Assembly: GCA_043228905.1 (NCBI GenBank)
Contig: JBHGNT010000010.1
Span: forward strand, 13,268,001-13,332,000
Length of the DNA stretch: 64,000 nt
Reading direction: 5' to 3'
Source: Azolla caroliniana
Taxonomy: Eukaryota > Plantae > Polypodiophyta
Part shown: positions 8,857 to 18,216 of the stretch, piece by piece
Layout: every line of letters starts with the position of its first letter
Numbering within the stretch: the stretch's first letter is position 1
The notes under the pieces: model-generated
What the model saw: the letters and a program-made list of their open reading frames with translations, nothing else
What the model was told of the DNA's origin: nothing
Databases searched by the model: none
Position numbers and translations under genes: made by a program

Positions 8857-11835
8857 TCATTGTTCACCCAAATTGTCCAAATTACTTTGTTCAAGAATTT
8901 CCACTTGTTCTTCCGGTTGTGGTTGTTGCGGCTGTGCTTGCTGCTGCTGCTGTGGTTGCGGTTGGGACTGAGGTTGCGCCGGCTGCTCTGCTTGCTGCTG
9001 CTGCTCCGTTTGCTTCGCTGACTCCGGCTGCTCCGTTTGTCTCTCTGGCTCCGGCATCTCCGTTTGACTGCTTCCGGTTCGGTCTCCTTCCAGTAACGGT
9101 TCCTCATCACTGAGGTTGACCGTAACTGGTTCTCGTTCTTTCTCTCCCCGGAGCCGGGACCTCTCGTAGCTTTCAAACTGGATCTGCGCCTCCAGCCTGT
9201 CGTCGTCCAGCTGAGCTACAAGTTGCCGGACTTGCTCTAGTTGGTCCTCTGCCAAGGCTTGAAAGTCTTCGGCAAGCTCATCCCTTATGCCGGTGAAGTC
9301 TTCGGAAGTCAGCATATAGCAATCATCTCCCTCCTTCCGCCGGTTCTCTACGTCAGCCCGGAGCAATTGGAGTTCCGCCGCGTTCGTGGCCCACTTGGTC
9401 CACCATTTGGCAGAACCGTTGTCAATCAAGCTCTTGGTCTGGTTCAACCAGGCCCGCATTATATCTTGGATGCGACTTGCTCCCATTTGAGCTCTGCTTT
9501 CCACCACTTGTCGCTCCTCCTTCAACTGCTTGATGAGGTTTGCCGTATCCTCCGCCTGCTCTCTGTAGCGCGTCAGCTGCCCTTGATATGTCGTTTGCAG
9601 CCTCTGCAGTACCTCTGCCGCTCTTTCTTTTTCCGCCTGCTGTTGCCTGAGGAGCTCTGTCCGAACCTTCTCCGCCTCTTCCAACCGTCTTCTGTTTTCC
9701 GCTTGTTCCTTAGCGAATGCGGTTGCGGTCCGATCAACTGCTTGCCGGAGCTCATCCGTCCGTTCCTTGTGCTCCGTTTGCAACCGTTTATACTCCCGGT
9801 GCAATTGCTCAAATTCCTCCGTTTTTTGTTTGAGCTTGCCGTTGATCTGGCGATGGTTCCGGTCCTCCCGGTCCTTTACCTGCCGGAGTTCCTCTTTCAG
9901 GCTCTCTACTTCTGTTTCGGCGTTCCTCCGGAGCCTCTCCTTCTCTTGCAGCATTTTCTCCTTCTCCTCCTTGAGCCGGTCGTATGCTTGGTGGCCTTTC
10001 CGTAAGCTCTCCTCGGCCCGGCGTAGATTCTCAGCAGTCTTTTTGAGTTCTGCCTCCGCTGCCGTCTTCAATTCTCTTTCGCGGCTCCTCAGCGCTTCTT
10101 GGGCAGCTAGCTCATCCTTTAAATCCGCAAGCTCTTGGGCTTGTGCCGCATTTCTCTCCGGAACGGTTTCCGTTGCCGGGGTCTGATTGCTATGTACAGG
10201 GTGATTTGACACTTTATTCTGTACATTGCCCGGAGTCACCGGTGCTTGGACTTGTGTTTCCCTTGTGACCCTGTCCAAGTCTTGTTCAAGGCTCCGGATT
10301 CTGGACCGGGCCGTCTCTAGATCTACGGTTGTGACGAGCAACCGTTCCTGGTGCGCTCTCTCTTCCGCCTCTATATACTCGACCACTCCGGCGATTTGCT
10401 CGCCTACCCACCGTAGCCACATGCTACTGGTGCCCTGTTGCTGTACTGGTCGGGTCGGCTCATTCACCGTGGAATTGTCTGGCCTGCTTGCCTGCATATG
10501 CCGTTCTGGTTCTACTCCTTGGCCGCCGTGTGCTCTGGCTGGGCTCGCCGGCTGTTGAGTTCCGGTTCTCGCCGTTTCCGGAGCCGTTGGACTGACTTCT
10601 TCTATAGAAGTCGACAAGACCGGTTCCCTACGCACCGGTTCCGGTTCTTCCCTTGTGGTTTGCTCAGGTTGAGTTGGGGGCGTTTCTGCCTCTCGCGGGT
10701 ACGACCGCTCCCCTCCTGTCTCGGCGGTCCTACTTCTCGACCGTCGTTGGAGGTGCTCTTCTGGCTCCTCCGTTTCCTCTTCCTGTGTCACGGCATGTTT
10801 CTGTGCCGTCAAGGGTTCCGGTTCCTTCTGTCCTGGTCTCCGTAAGGTTATCTTGACGGGTCGGACCGGTGACACCTCCTCCGGTTCTGGGACCCGTTTC
10901 TTCCCTTTCGTCGCCTTCGACGCCAGCAGCTGCTGTCGTTTGGACGCCGGCTTCGAGGTGCTTCCTTCCGATACTCTTGGCCGCTTCTTTGGCTGGACGG
11001 TCTCGACCGGCGGCACGAGCAATGTTATCCATTGAGCTACGGCGTGCCACAGCTTCCGGCCCTCCTTGCCGTCCTTCCCTCGTACCATGTCGATTGCCAT
11101 GCACAACCCGTCTGCAATCAACACCGGCCAGTCCACCTTGACCCCTTCATAGGTGGCTATGATCATCCCTGCCCGATTTTTTGGCATGACAGGGGGTCGG
11201 GGGTACACGTGACCGTACTCATGGAGCACTCGAGCTATCTCCCTGAATAGCGGATCTTCGCCGCCCTGCGTCCGATAGCCTTTGCCGGCAACAGAGTACT
11301 CACCGAAATATCGGGTGAGTTGCTCCGAGGTTGGGTTATCGATCTGAAAGATTCCTCCCTCCGGAAGGCCTGTTAGCGCGCGGATCGCTTCCTCGGTGAT
11401 GACCTCTGTGGCGAGCTCCTTGATGACCCGGTCGGCTTCTCTGTGCGGCGGTGCCTCCATGATGGCCAAGAACCCCTCCAGTCCGTTTTGCCTGAACCAT
11501 TTCCTGGCCGCTTCCGACAGTGTTTGTGGTTCCATGTCTGCTTCAAGGTCGAGAGAAGATGGCGAGGTAGAGTGGTGATGAGAGTGAGAGCGAGAGAGAG
11601 AGCGTTCTGAGCGCGGGGGTTCTCTGCGTGCAGGTTCGCGTTTGCTCAGCTTCCACTGTCTTGGTGCTTCTGTGCTTCTTGGCTCGCGAAATGAAAAGGT
11701 CTCCATGCGTTCTGTTTCTTCTTTGTGCGTTTTGGCGCCTTTTTCGAGCATGCACACGTCGTGTACCAATTTAGTATTAAGTAGCGTGGCGTCTCTTAAA
11801 TGCCCACTACGTACCTTTTCGCGCCTCGCTTTCAC
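8857..11835 (-). CDS. Element G extra (env-position) ORF: N-terminal plant-mobile-domain/transposase_28-32-like region, disordered linker, long coiled coil, Q/P-rich tail; likely true start ATG at 11535 (892 aa)
   Basis: Open 992-codon frame, same sense as pol, between pol and the 3' LTR; ITEEAIRALTGLPxG...VDW pattern; E/K/R/Q heptads over ~350 aa; no obvious transmembrane helix. Confidence 0.85.
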   Translation of the reverse strand: MKARREKVRSGHLRDATLLNTKLVHDVCMLEKGAKTHKEETERMETFSFREPRSTEAPRQWKLSKREPARREPPRSERSLSRSHSHHHSTSPSSLDLEADMEPQTLSEAARKWFRQNGLEGFLAIMEAPPHREADRVIKELATEVITEEAIRALTGLPEGGIFQIDNPTSEQLTRYFGEYSVAGKGYRTQGGEDPLFREIARVLHEYGHVYPRPPVMPKNRAGMIIATYEGVKVDWPVLIADGLCMAIDMVRGKDGKEGRKLWHAVAQWITLLVPPVETVQPKKRPRVSEGSTSKPASKRQQLLASKATKGKKRVPEPEEVSPVRPVKITLRRPGQKEPEPLTAQKHAVTQEEETEEPEEHLQRRSRSRTAETGGERSYPREAETPPTQPEQTTREEPEPVRREPVLSTSIEEVSPTAPETARTGTQQPASPARAHGGQGVEPERHMQASRPDNSTVNEPTRPVQQQGTSSMWLRWVGEQIAGVVEYIEAEERAHQERLLVTTVDLETARSRIRSLEQDLDRVTRETQVQAPVTPGNVQNKVSNHPVHSNQTPATETVPERNAAQAQELADLKDELAAQEALRSRERELKTAAEAELKKTAENLRRAEESLRKGHQAYDRLKEEKEKMLQEKERLRRNAETEVESLKEELRQVKDREDRNHRQINGKLKQKTEEFEQLHREYKRLQTEHKERTDELRQAVDRTATAFAKEQAENRRRLEEAEKVRTELLRQQQAEKERAAEVLQRLQTTYQGQLTRYREQAEDTANLIKQLKEERQVVESRAQMGASRIQDIMRAWLNQTKSLIDNGSAKWWTKWATNAAELQLLRADVENRRKEGDDCYMLTSEDFTGIRDELAEDFQALAEDQLEQVRQLVAQLDDDRLEAQIQFESYERSRLRGEKEREPVTVNLSDEEPLLEGDRTGSSQTEMPEPERQTEQPESAKQTEQQQQAEQPAQPQSQPQPQQQQQAQPQQPQPEEQVEILEQSNLDNLGEQ

Positions 11836-11858
11836 ACCCGTTCATACCTCGATTTTTA

Positions 11859-11862
<4 letters not shown>

Positions 11863-11906
<44 letters not shown>

Positions 11907-11911
11907 TTTTT
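11863..11911 (-). repeat. Internal poly(A) tract (A11-TTT-A35 on the element sense strand) between pol and the extra ORF
   Basis: T35, AAA, T11 on the plus strand, just downstream of the pol stop at 11929. Confidence 0.9.
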
Positions 11912-11928
11912 AATGACGGTGTGTGACC

Positions 11929-14900
11929 TTACATATCCGTAGGTCCCTTCGGACCCTGACCGTTTTCCTTACGGGTTGCCGTGTCTTCCTTCGTCTCTAC
12001 TACGGGTTCCCCGTCGTCTTTTTCTTCCGGATCGATCCGTACCGATCCCGGGCAGGTTCCTGGTGTAGTGCCGGTGAGCCGCATAAACGGGTTCTTTGGC
12101 ATCGGTCCATTATAGGGCTTTAGTCGAAATCCATTCACCCACTTGCCTACTACTTCCCCGGCAAGTGTCCCTATCTGATAGGACCCGTTGTATTCCCGTG
12201 TCAGCCAATACGGGCCTGTCCATCTGAACCGGAGTTTACCCGGCATCTTGCCCATCCTCGTTTGGAATACTAGCACCGGCTTCCCGATTTCGAACATTTT
12301 CTCATTACCTATCCGGTGCCGGTCAACGAACGCTTTCCGTCGTCGTTGCTCCAGTTCCATGTGTAGGATGCTGGCCAGCCGTTGCTCCTCCAGTTCGCAT
12401 AGTGCTGCTAGCCGTATTTCCTCCGACTTCTTTTCATTCAGCCGTTCCCGTAGTTGGATCCGTAAGCTTGGTACCTGAAACTCGACCGGCATGACCGCTT
12501 CTAAGCCGAATGCTAGCCGGAACGGCGTTGTCCGGATACTTGTTTTGTATGCCGTTCGGTACGCCCATAGCGCACTATGGAGCTTTGTGTCCCAGTCCGT
12601 CCGGTTTTCGTTGACGATTTTGCGTAGAATGTTCTGCAGCGTTTTGTTGGTGGACTCCGCTAACCCGTTCGCCTGTGGGTAGTACGGTGTGCTCCGTTTA
12701 TGAACCACGGCATAGAACGTTGTTAAGCTTTCCACTACCTGGCCGAGGAAATGCCCTCCTTGGTCGCTGATCAGTTCAATCGGACATCCATATCGGCACC
12801 AAATGTTCTCGTACAGGAATTTTGCTGTGGATGACGCGGTGTTGTCTCTCAGGGCCTTAGCTTCCACCCATTTCGTGCAATAATCCGTTGCCACGATGAC
12901 ATAACGATTACCCGTTCTCATTGCCGGTGGCTTGAACGGTCCGACAAAATCCAATCCCCACTTCTGGAATGGCTCTAGTGGAAGTACCGGTTGGTGTGGC
13001 ATCCGTGCTTGCTCCGTAGGCTGGCCCATTCGTTGGCATAGGTCACATTCCTTAGCATACTTGACGGCATCTTTTAGCGTCGTGGGCCACCATAAGCCGC
13101 TCTGCCATACCTTTCTTGCCGTCGCTTCCCCGGCATAGTGTCCTCCGGCAACCCCACAGTGTGCTTCCCGTAAGATTACTTCTTTCTCGTCACTACGGAC
13201 TGCCCGTCTCCATATTCCATCTGCTCCTTTGTGGTAGAGAGTGTCCCGTAACAGACAGAAATTGCGGCTCTGCACCGCCAGTCGTTTCCTCTCGTCCCGG
13301 TTCATTTCCTCCGGTGGCAGGCCCGTGCTTAGGAACTGGTGCATGTTTGTCAGCCATTTATCTTCTGATGCCACCGTGTCGTCCGCTGCCGTTTCCGGGG
13401 TGATACGGAATAACTCCGCGTCCGGAAATTCATCCGCTACTCCGTTGCCTGGTTCTCCGGACTCTAACCGGCTCAGGTAGTCTGCTACGGCATGCTGGAT
13501 ACCGGGCCGGTGAAAAATCTCGAATTCGAACTCCTGCAACAGTAAGGTCCAACGGGCCAACTTACCGGTCAGGGACGCCTTGGAAACTAAGTAGAGGAGC
13601 GCCGAGTGATCCACATGGAAGGAGAACTTCCTTCCCAATAGGTAGTGACGAAATTTTGTTACACTGTAGATCATGCCCAGAGCCTCCCGTTCCGTCGTTG
13701 AATAGTTCTTCTCCGCTTGGGACAGCTTCCGGCTGGCGTAATATACCGGCCGGTACCATTTGGGCTCCGTAAGCTGCATTAAGGCGCTGCCAATAGCGAT
13801 GTCGGACGCGTCCACGAACACGTGAAATTCCTTGCTCCAATCCGGAGGCTGCACGACGGGTGCTTGCGATAAAAGAACCTTCAGGGCATTGTATGCCTTA
13901 TCCTCCGTATCCGTCCATTGGAACGGTGTCCGATGTACCGCGGTGTGTAATGGTGTCGCCAAGTCCGCCAAGTGACGGAGCATCCGGCTGTGCCACCGGA
14001 TTTGTCCTAGGAATCGGCTTAGTGCTTTGGCCGTTTTCGGCGCCGGTGCCCCTAGTATGGCGTTTACTTTGTACGGGTCGACCGCAATGCCCTCCTTACT
14101 TACAATGTGTCCCAGCAATATTCCACTTGAAACCCCAAAGATGCATTTTGCTGGGTTTAAGCTTAGCCGGTATAACCTACACTTTTCCAGGCATAACCGT
14201 AGGTGCTGCAAATGATCTTTTCCCCGGCTATAAACTGCAAAATCATCCAGGAAAACTTGCATGAAGGCAGGAATGTATTCGCCGAAGATCTCCATGATGA
14301 TTCGCTGGAACGTTGCTGGTGCCGTTTTTAGGCCGAACATCATGACTTCGGCCACAAACACCCCCCATTCGGTGACGAACGCTGTCTTTTCCTGGTCGTC
14401 CGGGTGCATCCGGATTTGATTGTACCCGCTGAACCCGTCTAAAAAGCTATAAACTTCATGACCGGCGACGGCATCCAGTACTCCGTCCGTGAACGGAAGA
14501 GGGAATGCATCCGTAATTGTGGCGGCATTTAGTTTCCTGTAATCAACACACACACGGATTTTACCGTTCTTCTTGGGGACGACGACGATGGGGCTCAGCC
14601 ACGTCGCTTTCTTTACCGGCCGGATGAAGCCCACTCTGAGGAGTTTGTCGATTTCCTCTTTTACTTTGGCGGCGTAGTTGGGGTTCATTCGGTATCGTCG
14701 TTGCGCCACTGGTTTCGCGTCCTTGCCTAAGTGGATCTGATGCTGATATAATTGAGGGTCCAGCCCTCGCATGTCTTCGTATGACCAGGCGAATACGTCG
14801 CGAAACTCCGTGAGAAGTTTGATCATCGCCGCTTTATCTTCCGGCTTCATTTCTTTGGCGATGTGTACCGGCTTTGATTCGTCTTTGCTTCCTAGGTTCA

Positions 14901-17745
14901 CTTCGTCGAGCTGGGATGCTTTTACCCGTTGGGAAACGGCCATTTCCCGTTCCAACGCTTCCTGTGCTTGCCGTAATTCCCGAATCGCATCTTTGTCTGG
15001 TTCGGCTTCGGTGTCGTCCCGCTGCGGCAAGTATGCGGCTACGGCTTCAGCTACGTCAATCTCGAAGAGTGGTACGATCTTCGGATGTTCCTCCAAGTAC
15101 TGGGCTTCTTCGTCGTCTGCCAACCCTTCAAGCATGTTCACACATTCCGCATACAGCGGTGTGCATTCCTTACCGTTGCTTGTCCGTGGTTGTGTCGGTA
15201 CCCGGACCTTGGCTTTTCCGCGCCGGAAGGTAATCATATTTTTTCGCCAATTTTGCTTGATGTGTGCTGTTTTCAACCATGGTCTGCCCAGCAACAGAGG
15301 GTACGCGCCTTGCGCCTGTAGCTGCAGCACTACAGCCGAGATGTGAAATGTGTGGCCTCCTATGGTGACTTCCAATTTCCGTATTAAGCCCGTCGGCCGT
15401 ACAGAGCTCGTATCCGCCATCCGTAGCCAGAACGGACATGGCTCCCATTCATGTATACCCAAGGCATCACACGTACGGAGGCTTATTACGTTCACCCCGG
15501 AACCTCCATCGATTACTGTGCCGGGAAGTTCGTGCCCTTTGACAATAGCTGTAATCACCGGACTGCTAGTGTCCACTACCGTCGGTCCTTCCTCCGGGTT
15601 CGAGAAGAGGACTGGTGCCGGTGGGGCTATGCCGTCTGTCATGACCGTTTTTAGTCCTTCTGTGAATCGCGGCACGAGCTGCAAGAGTCTTCCTAATGGT
15701 AAGGTGATCTGACATTCTTGTAGTGCTTGCCATGTCTCGTTTTCTGGGTGGCTACCGCCGGCACTCCCTATGGTCTTCGCCTTTTGCCGTTCCGCGTCCG
15801 CGACGTTTCTTTCATTGGCTTCCTTCACCCATTCCGTCGCCTGTTTTCGTATGGCCTCTTGTGTTTCCCATTCTTTGGCCATGCCTTTCGACCGTGTGGT
15901 TACTTGCTGTAAATCCGCCACTTCCGGAACCACCATATTAACTGCTGGTCGTTTCTCGTAGCTCTTTACCGGGCACTGGTTACTGTAGTGGCCTTCCTGC
16001 CTGCAGTAGTAGCAGTACTCTTTGCGGGTATTGCTGGATTCAGCATTGCTGGTAGCCGGAGTTGGTCCCGTAGCGAGTGGTGCGTTCTGTGCCGGTTGGC
16101 TCCTTGGGACTCCATGTTCCGGGTCCCTAGGGTGACCACCTTTCTTGAAATTACGTTTCTTATTATTCTTATGTTTATTTCGGTAGTCCGGTCGTGGTGG
16201 ATCGTAACATCGGCCGTAGTCCTCCTGGTGCCTTCGGTAACCAGGGGAATGGTCTCTCTCGTATTGCTCGTGTCGCCCGTTGGGCTCTCGATAACGGTCC
16301 GATCGCTCATACCGGTCGTAGTTATCACGCCGATTCCCGTACCGGCCATCATTCTCTTGCCTGTCTCCGTACCGGACATCTTGTGCCGGTGGGTACCGGT
16401 TCCCTCTTTGCCAACGATCGTCATCTTCATCTCGGCTGCTTCTTGGCTCGATCCGTCGGACGGGTGGTGCTTGTCGATTTAACAGGTTGTACTCGCACCG
16501 GTCCGTTGTATGACTCTTGGATTGACAGATCACACACTGAGTGCGCATGGTGCACTCTACTGCCGAGTGTCCGGCATTCAAGCAGATTGTGCATTGAATT
16601 GCCTGCCGGAACCGGAGATCTTCCTCGGTGGGTAACGCCCGTTGCAGTGTTCCCAGCGTAAGCCATGAGCTTGTCTTTTCCATTTCTCTGACCCGGTCAA
16701 TGACCTGATCGATGGTGCATCCTCGAAAGTCGATCACCGTACACACCGTGCGTAACGGTTCCCGGAGTGCGTTTAAAAATATCGTCCGTAATTCCTCCTC
16801 CGGGGGTGCACGAGCAAGCTGGCTATGCATCCGTTGGAAACGGATGACGAATTGGGGAATGCTTTCCCCTGCCTCCTGCCGGATCGTATAAAACAGGCCC
16901 ACCATTGTCGTCTGGTCGACCTCCTTGTGGAAAAAATGCAAGAATTTTGCTTTTAATTCTGCAAATGTTGTGATGGTCGCCGGGTCCTGCGACCGCCGCC
17001 ATCGTGTCGCTGGTCCCTCCAACGTGACTCCGAATTCCGCTATCTTCGAGCGTTCTTCTTCCTCCGGTGTCATTCGCTGGGACGTGTGATTTGCTTCCCA
17101 TGTCTGCTCGAAGTCATCCACATGCGCTTCCGCATCCGGATCATCGCGGTACTTTGAATATTGGAACGGCATGTCGTCGTCCAGTATTAAGCCGCGGTTT
17201 AGTGGCGTTTGTTGATATTTTTCCGGTTCTTTCTCCGGTTCCACTTCCGGTACCTTTGCCGGTCCGTTCGTCGGTGTTGGTGGCTTTGCTTCTTCCACTT
17301 CCGGTGTTGGTGGGTTGACGGCTTCCGTTTGCGGTTCCGGATAGCCCTGGTTGAGCGGTTCCGGTTCTGGAGTCGGCACGGTATCCGACCCGTCGTCTTC
17401 CGGGCCGCCGGGGGTATCGTTGCTGCTCCGGTAGTTCGTGTGCACGCTGTATCCCCCTTCGGAATCCGATTCGTAGGCTGAAAAGGCTTCTGCCTCGTTT
17501 ACTCCGCTTGCCAGCGCCTCCAGGAGTCGTTCGGTTTCCCGGAGACTACTTAGACTGCTTCCGTCGTCCTGGTCGCGAGTTTGCCGTAACCGGAGAGATT
17601 CCTCCGCGACTCTCCGGATCTCGTTGGAGAACGAACGATCCGAGCGAATTTCCTGCGCTGCTTGCTGGAAAGTCTCACGCCGTCTTTGCCGTTCGGCGAT
17701 GCGTCGAGCTCGGTCTGTAACCAAGTCGTGCGTTGGTCTAGTCAT
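11929..17745 (-). CDS. gag-pol: Gag-Pol polyprotein (gag, 3 CCHC knuckles, protease, RT, RNase H, integrase with GPY/F), 1938 aa, single frame
   Basis: CTICLNAGHSAVEC, CVICQSKSHTTDRC, CYYCRQEGHYSNQC; VIDGGSGVN; CVDYRKLN...FLDD; FVDAS; H-x6-H...CDLC; LDFVGP, SDQG, NGLAE; WTGPY; no chromodomain. Confidence 0.98.
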   Translation of the reverse strand: MTRPTHDLVTDRARRIAERQRRRETFQQAAQEIRSDRSFSNEIRRVAEESLRLRQTRDQDDGSSLSSLRETERLLEALASGVNEAEAFSAYESDSEGGYSVHTNYRSSNDTPGGPEDDGSDTVPTPEPEPLNQGYPEPQTEAVNPPTPEVEEAKPPTPTNGPAKVPEVEPEKEPEKYQQTPLNRGLILDDDMPFQYSKYRDDPDAEAHVDDFEQTWEANHTSQRMTPEEEERSKIAEFGVTLEGPATRWRRSQDPATITTFAELKAKFLHFFHKEVDQTTMVGLFYTIRQEAGESIPQFVIRFQRMHSQLARAPPEEELRTIFLNALREPLRTVCTVIDFRGCTIDQVIDRVREMEKTSSWLTLGTLQRALPTEEDLRFRQAIQCTICLNAGHSAVECTMRTQCVICQSKSHTTDRCEYNLLNRQAPPVRRIEPRSSRDEDDDRWQRGNRYPPAQDVRYGDRQENDGRYGNRRDNYDRYERSDRYREPNGRHEQYERDHSPGYRRHQEDYGRCYDPPRPDYRNKHKNNKKRNFKKGGHPRDPEHGVPRSQPAQNAPLATGPTPATSNAESSNTRKEYCYYCRQEGHYSNQCPVKSYEKRPAVNMVVPEVADLQQVTTRSKGMAKEWETQEAIRKQATEWVKEANERNVADAERQKAKTIGSAGGSHPENETWQALQECQITLPLGRLLQLVPRFTEGLKTVMTDGIAPPAPVLFSNPEEGPTVVDTSSPVITAIVKGHELPGTVIDGGSGVNVISLRTCDALGIHEWEPCPFWLRMADTSSVRPTGLIRKLEVTIGGHTFHISAVVLQLQAQGAYPLLLGRPWLKTAHIKQNWRKNMITFRRGKAKVRVPTQPRTSNGKECTPLYAECVNMLEGLADDEEAQYLEEHPKIVPLFEIDVAEAVAAYLPQRDDTEAEPDKDAIRELRQAQEALEREMAVSQRVKASQLDEVNLGSKDESKPVHIAKEMKPEDKAAMIKLLTEFRDVFAWSYEDMRGLDPQLYQHQIHLGKDAKPVAQRRYRMNPNYAAKVKEEIDKLLRVGFIRPVKKATWLSPIVVVPKKNGKIRVCVDYRKLNAATITDAFPLPFTDGVLDAVAGHEVYSFLDGFSGYNQIRMHPDDQEKTAFVTEWGVFVAEVMMFGLKTAPATFQRIIMEIFGEYIPAFMQVFLDDFAVYSRGKDHLQHLRLCLEKCRLYRLSLNPAKCIFGVSSGILLGHIVSKEGIAVDPYKVNAILGAPAPKTAKALSRFLGQIRWHSRMLRHLADLATPLHTAVHRTPFQWTDTEDKAYNALKVLLSQAPVVQPPDWSKEFHVFVDASDIAIGSALMQLTEPKWYRPVYYASRKLSQAEKNYSTTEREALGMIYSVTKFRHYLLGRKFSFHVDHSALLYLVSKASLTGKLARWTLLLQEFEFEIFHRPGIQHAVADYLSRLESGEPGNGVADEFPDAELFRITPETAADDTVASEDKWLTNMHQFLSTGLPPEEMNRDERKRLAVQSRNFCLLRDTLYHKGADGIWRRAVRSDEKEVILREAHCGVAGGHYAGEATARKVWQSGLWWPTTLKDAVKYAKECDLCQRMGQPTEQARMPHQPVLPLEPFQKWGLDFVGPFKPPAMRTGNRYVIVATDYCTKWVEAKALRDNTASSTAKFLYENIWCRYGCPIELISDQGGHFLGQVVESLTTFYAVVHKRSTPYYPQANGLAESTNKTLQNILRKIVNENRTDWDTKLHSALWAYRTAYKTSIRTTPFRLAFGLEAVMPVEFQVPSLRIQLRERLNEKKSEEIRLAALCELEEQRLASILHMELEQRRRKAFVDRHRIGNEKMFEIGKPVLVFQTRMGKMPGKLRFRWTGPYWLTREYNGSYQIGTLAGEVVGKWVNGFRLKPYNGPMPKNPFMRLTGTTPGTCPGSVRIDPEEKDDGEPVVETKEDTATRKENGQGPKGPTDM

Positions 17746-17780
17746 CCATTACCGTCGTTCGCTGCGAGAAAGCAGGAATC

Positions 17781-17790
17781 GTGGTCGCCA
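17781..17790 (-). promoter_or_regulatory. Primer-binding site of G, probably tRNA-Arg(UCG)
   Basis: TGGCGACCAC 6 nt inside the 5' LTR; complementary to the ...GTGGTCG-CCA end I recall for plant tRNA-Arg(UCG). Confidence 0.6.
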
Positions 17791-18216
17791 AAACTGTGTT
17801 ATTCTCTTAGCCGGACAAGGCCTAACACAAGGTGTCACGGAGACACTTCACCAAAGGGTGATTACGGCATAGGATTAAGATTCAACGATTACACCGACTT
17901 ACGTAGGTTACACGATTAGATTGCTTTGGTTAATTACACGCGTAAGATATAACAGTGATTACAGAACGGAAATCAAGACAGAAGTATAAACATCAGAATC
18001 TCTATTAATTATCCGCTGTCATTACAATAGGGTCCGGGCCTTTAAATAGGTTTCCGGCCCGTAGTACAAAACGGTGCCTCTCGCACCTATTCGGGATCCG
18101 TCCGGATCTGGAACGGCATACCGTTTCCAGTCCGTCCGTCCACACTATGCTTATCTACAACCATATCTAATTAATTCCTTCACTCCGTAATTTGGACTCC
18201 TTGCCGGCCGGTAACA

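Larger units (their letters stand above)
2337..11408 (-). repeat. Three tandem 3024-bp units (LTR plus 2604 bp of the 3' internal region) of element G
   Basis: Units start at 2337, 5361 and 8385; near-identical, with private SNPs seen at 2558, 6132, 6580 and 8604. Confidence 0.97.
2337..18216 (-). mobile_element. Young intact Ty3/gypsy non-chromovirus LTR retrotransposon G with four LTRs and an extra 3' ORF
   Basis: 420-bp LTRs TGTTA...TAACA at 2337-2756, 5361-5780, 8385-8804 and 17797-18216; 5-bp TSD TTGTT at 2332-2336 and 18217-18221; uninterrupted gag-pol. Confidence 0.97.

Noticed and set aside
2691-17919. Numerous 60-250-aa overlapping or antisense ORFs in element G
   Set aside because: They are shadow ORFs of GC-rich coding sequence and have no recognisable motifs.
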